Below the pieces are notes generated by a model that saw nothing but the letters and a program-made list of their open reading frames with translations, was not told the DNA's origin and searched no databases. DNA of 64,000 nucleotides from Guillardia theta CCMP2712 (lineage: Eukaryota; Protista; Cryptophyta), in NCBI RefSeq assembly GCF_000315625.1, contig NW_005434458.1, forward strand, positions 3,767-67,766, given 5' to 3'. A program made the position numbers and the translations under genes. Below are positions 59,241 through 64,000 of the stretch, piece after piece. The stretch's first letter is position 1. Each line of letters begins with the position of its first letter.

Positions 59241-59340
59241 NNNNNNNNNNNNNNNNNNNNNNNNNNNNNNNNNNNNNNNNNNNNNNNNNNNNNNNNNNNN
59301 NNNNNNNNNNNNNNNNNNNNNNNNNNNNNNNNNNNNNNNN
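59241..59340. other. Assembly gap (100 N)
   Basis: N run. Confidence 1.
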
Positions 59341-59591
59341 AAAAAATTTCAAAATCCACAAGAGAGAGCGGGAGAGGAACAATATTGGCGGGGTGAAGTA
59401 CAAGGAGAGAGAGAGGAGAAGAGAGAAGGAGAATGAGAGGAGAGAGGAGGGAAGAGGGAACAAGCCAGAGTACAGAGGAGAAGATAGAGGAGGGGAGGGG
59501 AGGAGAGAGGAGAGAGGTTGTTGATTGAGTCAAGCAGTCAGGAAGGAGAAGAGCCAGGGAGGGAGAGAGCGAGGGGAGGGAGAGAGCGAGG

Positions 59592-62460
59592 GCATGTGGA
59601 GGAGCTTGGAAGCAGCCTGGGAGCAGGACGAGTCTGAGGGCCTTCACGCCCGATGTCCCTCAACCTGCAAACTGCAATCCCTGAAGCCTCCCTGCGGAGC
59701 TTGCAGAGAGTACGTGGAGCACCTCCTCTGCCTCCTTCACGACGACGTCCACAGCTGCAAGCAGTACCTGGACGACTCAGACGCGTCTCGGTCCTCGACG
59801 CTGGAGCGCAGATCGGAGGAGTCGGTGGGGATCCGAGATTTCCGGCAGCTGGTAGAGGAACTTCGAATGAGGGCACAGGAGAGCTCGCTGGTGTGCAGGA
59901 GGCTCGGGGAAGAGAACGAGGCGCTTCAGAGCATCGTGTTGATGGAGAAGAGTGCGAGGGAGGAGGCGCTGCTGGAGTTTGTTCGGGCGCACGAGGAGCT
60001 TGCGAGGTGAGAGAGGAGCCGCCGGTGGAGCGATCTGATGGCGGGTTGAAGGGAGAGCAAGAGGAGGAGCGACGCTGAGCTGGAGCTGATGGAGGTCAAG
60101 AGCGAGCTTGCGGCTCTGCGGCGGGAGCAAGAGGAGCAGTCGAGAGAGTTGGAAGGGATGAAGCGACAGGTAGAGCAAGGAGAGGAGGTGAGATCGATCG
60201 GCAGGTTGTACATTCCTGTCACTGACTGATGAATCTTTCAAGAGCATGAGGGCTTGGCAAAGCAAGGTGAGCAAGAGGAGGAAGAGGAGGGGCAGGGTTG
60301 TTGTGCTCTCCTCTCATACGAGATGAGCAGGTGGCAATGGCGATGATGGATATGGCGGAGGAGCTGGAGGCGATTAAGAAGGACCATGAAGAAGAAGTCA
60401 GAGAAGTTTGACAACCTCCTGCCCATGTGACTTGCTGGCCCAGGTGGGAGAGGCGAGGAGGCGGCTGGAGGAGCTGGAGGGTGTGGTGGAAGAGGAAGCT
60501 GAGCAGTCCCGCCGCCTTCAGGGTGAGTTGAGAGAGCTCGCAATGAGCTGCGAACGATCGCTGGAGGACATGGAGACGCGCCGTAGGGAGGAAGCGGCCA
60601 GGGCAGACTTCCAACTCCAGCAGATGGTTCGGCTGATACAGGCGTGCGAGGAAAGGAGCAGAGATGCAGAGCTCGAGCTCGAGAGGTGCGAGAGGGAGAC
60701 GAGGAGAGGGAGGGAGGAGCGTGTGCGGGCAGTCAGCATGTTCGTGATGTCTGCCTTGCCCGGACTGTTGGGGTCTGTGGAGGAGTTGGTGAGGAGAGAA
60801 CTGATGGAAGCAGAGGAAGAGCTGGAGAGGGAGAGGGGAAAGGGAGAGAACGGTCGAGATCGTGCGAGGCGAGCCAAGGCCAGCTGGAGATGCTGCTGGT
60901 CGAAATGGTTGGGGACGTGGAAGCGCTGGAGAGTATGGTGGAAGAGATCGCAGCTGAGAATGTGACGAGGAGGAGAGAGCATGAACAGCTGGCGAGAAGG
61001 CAGGAGGAGAAGGTGGAGCAGGTGGAACGTCTTGAACGGTGTTTGGTGTGGTCTTGCGAGGAGTTGCAAGCGCTGCTGGCAGAGGCTCAGGGAGTAAGGG
61101 AGGAGATCAGCCTCATACAGGACGATCGTGACCGCAACTGCCGTCGTGCGGAGGAGCTGGAGCGAGGCTGGAGCGAGAGTCAGCAGCTGGTGCGAGCGCA
61201 GGAGGAGGAAAAGGAGAGGCTGACTCGAGAGGTCGAGACGCTGAGGGGGATAGTGGCAAAGATGGACGAGAACTACGGCGACCTTTACGAGGCTGCAAAC
61301 CGAAAGTTTGACGAGCACGAGGAGGAGATGTCGGAGATCTTCAGGATCCTGCAGAGAATGAACGGGAGCTGGGAAGGCACGAGAGGACTTTGACTGACGT
61401 CATCGCTCATTTGCTCTTTGCGCACGAGAAGAACCGGATGGACGAGGAAGTCATCCGTTCTCTCCAAGGTTCTCTCGATCGGGCGGAGGTGAGGGAGGAG
61501 GAGAAGAGAAAGGAGGAAGAGGAGAAGGCGGAGAGGAGGAAGAAGGAGGAGGTGGAGATGACAGCGCTCAAGTCAACTTGCGGACAGCTGGAACAAGTCG
61601 TCGCCTGCTCCCAGCAGGTTTCAGATCTCGTGGCGCAGTGCCTGGAGATTTTCTTGTGCAGGAGAATCGTGGAGATGGAGGAGGAGGTGCTGTGGAGGAT
61701 GAGGAGGACTGCAGAGAAGGAGAAGAAGGTAAGGCTGCTGCTGCTGCTGCTGCTGCTGCGAAGGGGGAGTGACGCGCTGGTTGTCTGCAGAGGAGCGAGG
61801 AGGAGGCGAAGATGAGAAGAGTCTACCTGCTGTGGACTGACCGGCACATACACCGGCAGCTCCTCGTCTCCTCCTTCTCAGCTTGGAGGGACTTGTGCTC
61901 GGGCAGGATCTGCAAGACGGCCTTACAGCACAGGAGGGTCAGGTCGAGGTACCTCCAGCTTCATAGCTCGTTCCTCTCCCTGTCGTCCCACGCGCGGCTG
62001 AGGAGGGGGAGGAGGAGGACTCTCGTGCTGGTCGAGGACTCGCGAGAGAGGAGGACGGTAAGAAGCTTCTTCGCGGTCCTGGCCACCTCCTGCCGCCATC
62101 ATCGTCTTGTTGCTAACTTCTCCTCCTTCCTCCTGTCGAGATCCGCTCGAGCCATGAACAAGCTCCTCCTCTCCGTCTGGTCCGCCTCCTGCAGAGGAAG
62201 AGGACGGGAGGAGGAGGGCACACAGACGGAGGACAGCTTCCTAAGGATAGAGGAGGAGAGGAGCAGGAGCAGGAGACGCGACGAGGGGCTGAAGAGGAAG
62301 ACTCTCTCCCTTCTGCTCCGCCACGAGCTGGCGGGTGCCATGATGCTTCTCAAGGAGGGGACCAGCCGAGCCAAGGAGGAGAGGAGAATGACGAGGAGGA
62401 GACAGCTGAGGATCACCAAGGCCTGCTGGGCCAGGCTCCGAGACAGCGCAAAGGAAGACG
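59592..62460 (+). CDS. Multi-exon Glu/Arg-rich coiled-coil protein with weak Sfi1-like (F..W) segments at the C-terminus (boundaries approximate)
   Basis: Long heptad exons (ORFs 59525..60010, 60408..60965, 60644..61393, 61390..61815); SSFSAWRDL / LLLSVW / KACWARL. Confidence 0.6.
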
Positions 62461-62574
62461 ATCTCCTGCTGCTGCTCCGCCTGCTCCTCCTGCCCCAGCT
62501 CACCATCCTCTCCCTTCCCCAGCATCTAGCTTTCCACCTGTGGGCTTTCTCAGCTGTTGGAGGGGCGGGCCATG

Positions 62575-63292
62575 TCCGCAAGCTAGTCAAGATCTGTCAA
62601 CTTTCAGCGGTGCTGACTTTGCGGGGTTCGGGGAACTCTCGCCATCCCCTGCTGGGCGCGGGCTGCCAGAGCGATCAGCTGGGGCCTGAGCTGACGAGCC
62701 TGCACGAGCAGGTGAAACAGTCGCTCCAGAAGCTGGCGGTCAGGGTGACCACCCCACCCTCCCTGCCAGCAGGCAGCGATCTGACGAGCAAGGTGACCAC
62801 CCCCTAGCCAACAGAAGGCGAGCTGACGAGCTCGTGGCAGGTGCAATGCAGCTGGGGAAGTGCCGGGGGCCTGCGAGGCGACGCACTGGAGGCCTACAGT
62901 AACGTGGAGGAGAAGGTGCAGACGTCGCTGCGAGAGCAGCTGATGGCCATCGACCTGATCCTCAACGACGTGCAGCGACGGTTCAAGTTTGACAACGTCA
63001 GGTCAAACATCGAGCTGTTCCCCAGCATTGAGGACAGCGGGTCAGCTCGAAGAGAGGGGGGACCTGACAGTGGGGGAGGAGACGAGCTGGGCATGGCGAT
63101 GAGCTGGAGGAGAGCTGGCGGTGCTGGCAGGAACGACCGGCAGCGGGGCATCATGGCGGAGGCTGTGAAGCAGCTGGAGGTTGACTTGTCCTCGGTGCGA
63201 GCAGCTTCCCAGCAGCTGATGAAGAGATGCGACGACAAGTTGTCTCGGCTGGAGGCGAGGGTTTCCAGCACAGCAGCCGCCGCAGCAGCGGG

Positions 63293-63388
<96 letters not shown>

Positions 63389-64000
63389 AGTTGCTGACCT
63401 GAAGGCAAGAGCTTTCTTCCTCTCCCTGTCCCTCCTCCGTCGCAGGTATCACCACTTCCTCCTCCTCAGATCCCTCCAGGTCTGGCTCGGAGCCCAGGAA
63501 GCCCCGGCCGACGTTCCCAGCAGGGCGAGACGGGAGGGGTCACTCCTTATCGAAGACTCTAGAGCCACAAGGGGAGCTGACGGATACCCAGACGCTCCTC
63601 TCCTCTCTCCTCCTCCTAGGAGCAGCCGCAGGGCGGAGGGAGGAGCTTCTCCTCCCTCTCCAGCTGCCAGGGCAGGCGGAACAGCAGGAGATCTCAACTC
63701 GCAGCTCTCTCGCTTCCTCCACGCCACAGAGGACAGCCTCTCCTCCACCGAGATGCTCCTGCTAGACACTAAGGCGGCCGTCAGCTGGAGGAGATCCAGT
63801 AGCGTCTCGTCTCCCAGCCAGTCTCCGACCTGGAGCAGCAGCGGCTTCATGCTGGGAGGTGTTGGGATCAAGATCTCCGGCTCCTCCCCCTTCCGCGTCA
63901 CTTCCCTCCTCCCTGGTGGACCCGCCGAAACCTCGGGCCTGCTCAAGGTTGGCGACATGATCACCAAGATCGACGGGATAGAGGTTCTCCTCCTCCTCCT
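62575..64000 (+). CDS. Coiled-coil + PDZ-domain protein, running off the window (may be the 3' part of the preceding gene)
   Basis: 63855-63983 encodes GGVGIKISGSSPFRVTSLLPGGPAETSGLLKVGDMITKIDGIE, a canonical PDZ pattern (G-h-G-h...GGPA..SG.L.VGD.I..IDG). Confidence 0.75.
63293..63389. repeat. (GAGCAG)n microsatellite
   Basis: About 15 perfect units. Confidence 0.95.

Noticed and set aside
59015-59647. ORFs spanning the N gap
   Set aside because: Artefacts of the gap and the flanking purine-rich low-complexity DNA.
1-64000. tRNA or rRNA genes
   Set aside because: None recognised by eye; a covariance-model scan was not possible.

Overview
Eukaryotic nuclear DNA with a compact gene layout, many ~50-60 nt GT-AG introns and purine-rich microsatellites. 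The style resembles a cryptophyte alga (Guillardia/Hanusia-like); this is an impression, not proven. There is one 100-N gap at 59241-59340. Main contents: (1) a very large minus-strand gene (26652 to 2364, ~7,200 aa once spliced) for a probably secreted beta-sandwich repeat protein with FN3, Ly6/three-finger-like, FN2 and discoidin-like modules nested inside other domains; (2) a young 2,076-bp gag-only LTR retroelement (identical 227-bp LTRs, CCAAC target-site duplication) that interrupts this gene, and whose removal restores one reading frame; (3) a repeat-rich block (41.9-51.1 kb) with a ~545-bp duplication, a 72-nt repeat ORF and a broken Crypton-like tyrosine recombinase; (4) ordinary multi-exon host genes (WW-like, RRM, coiled-coil, PDZ) and an intronless CENP-B/pogo-derived DNA-binding gene; (5) recurrent non-coding 'patchwork' tracts (GC-rich micro-palindromes and strand-polarised ACCC/GGGT sequence), mostly upstream of genes, one of which appears to overwrite the Crypton catalytic core. 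Item 5 is my best candidate for an undescribed process. All domain calls come from reading motifs by eye; no database search was run.
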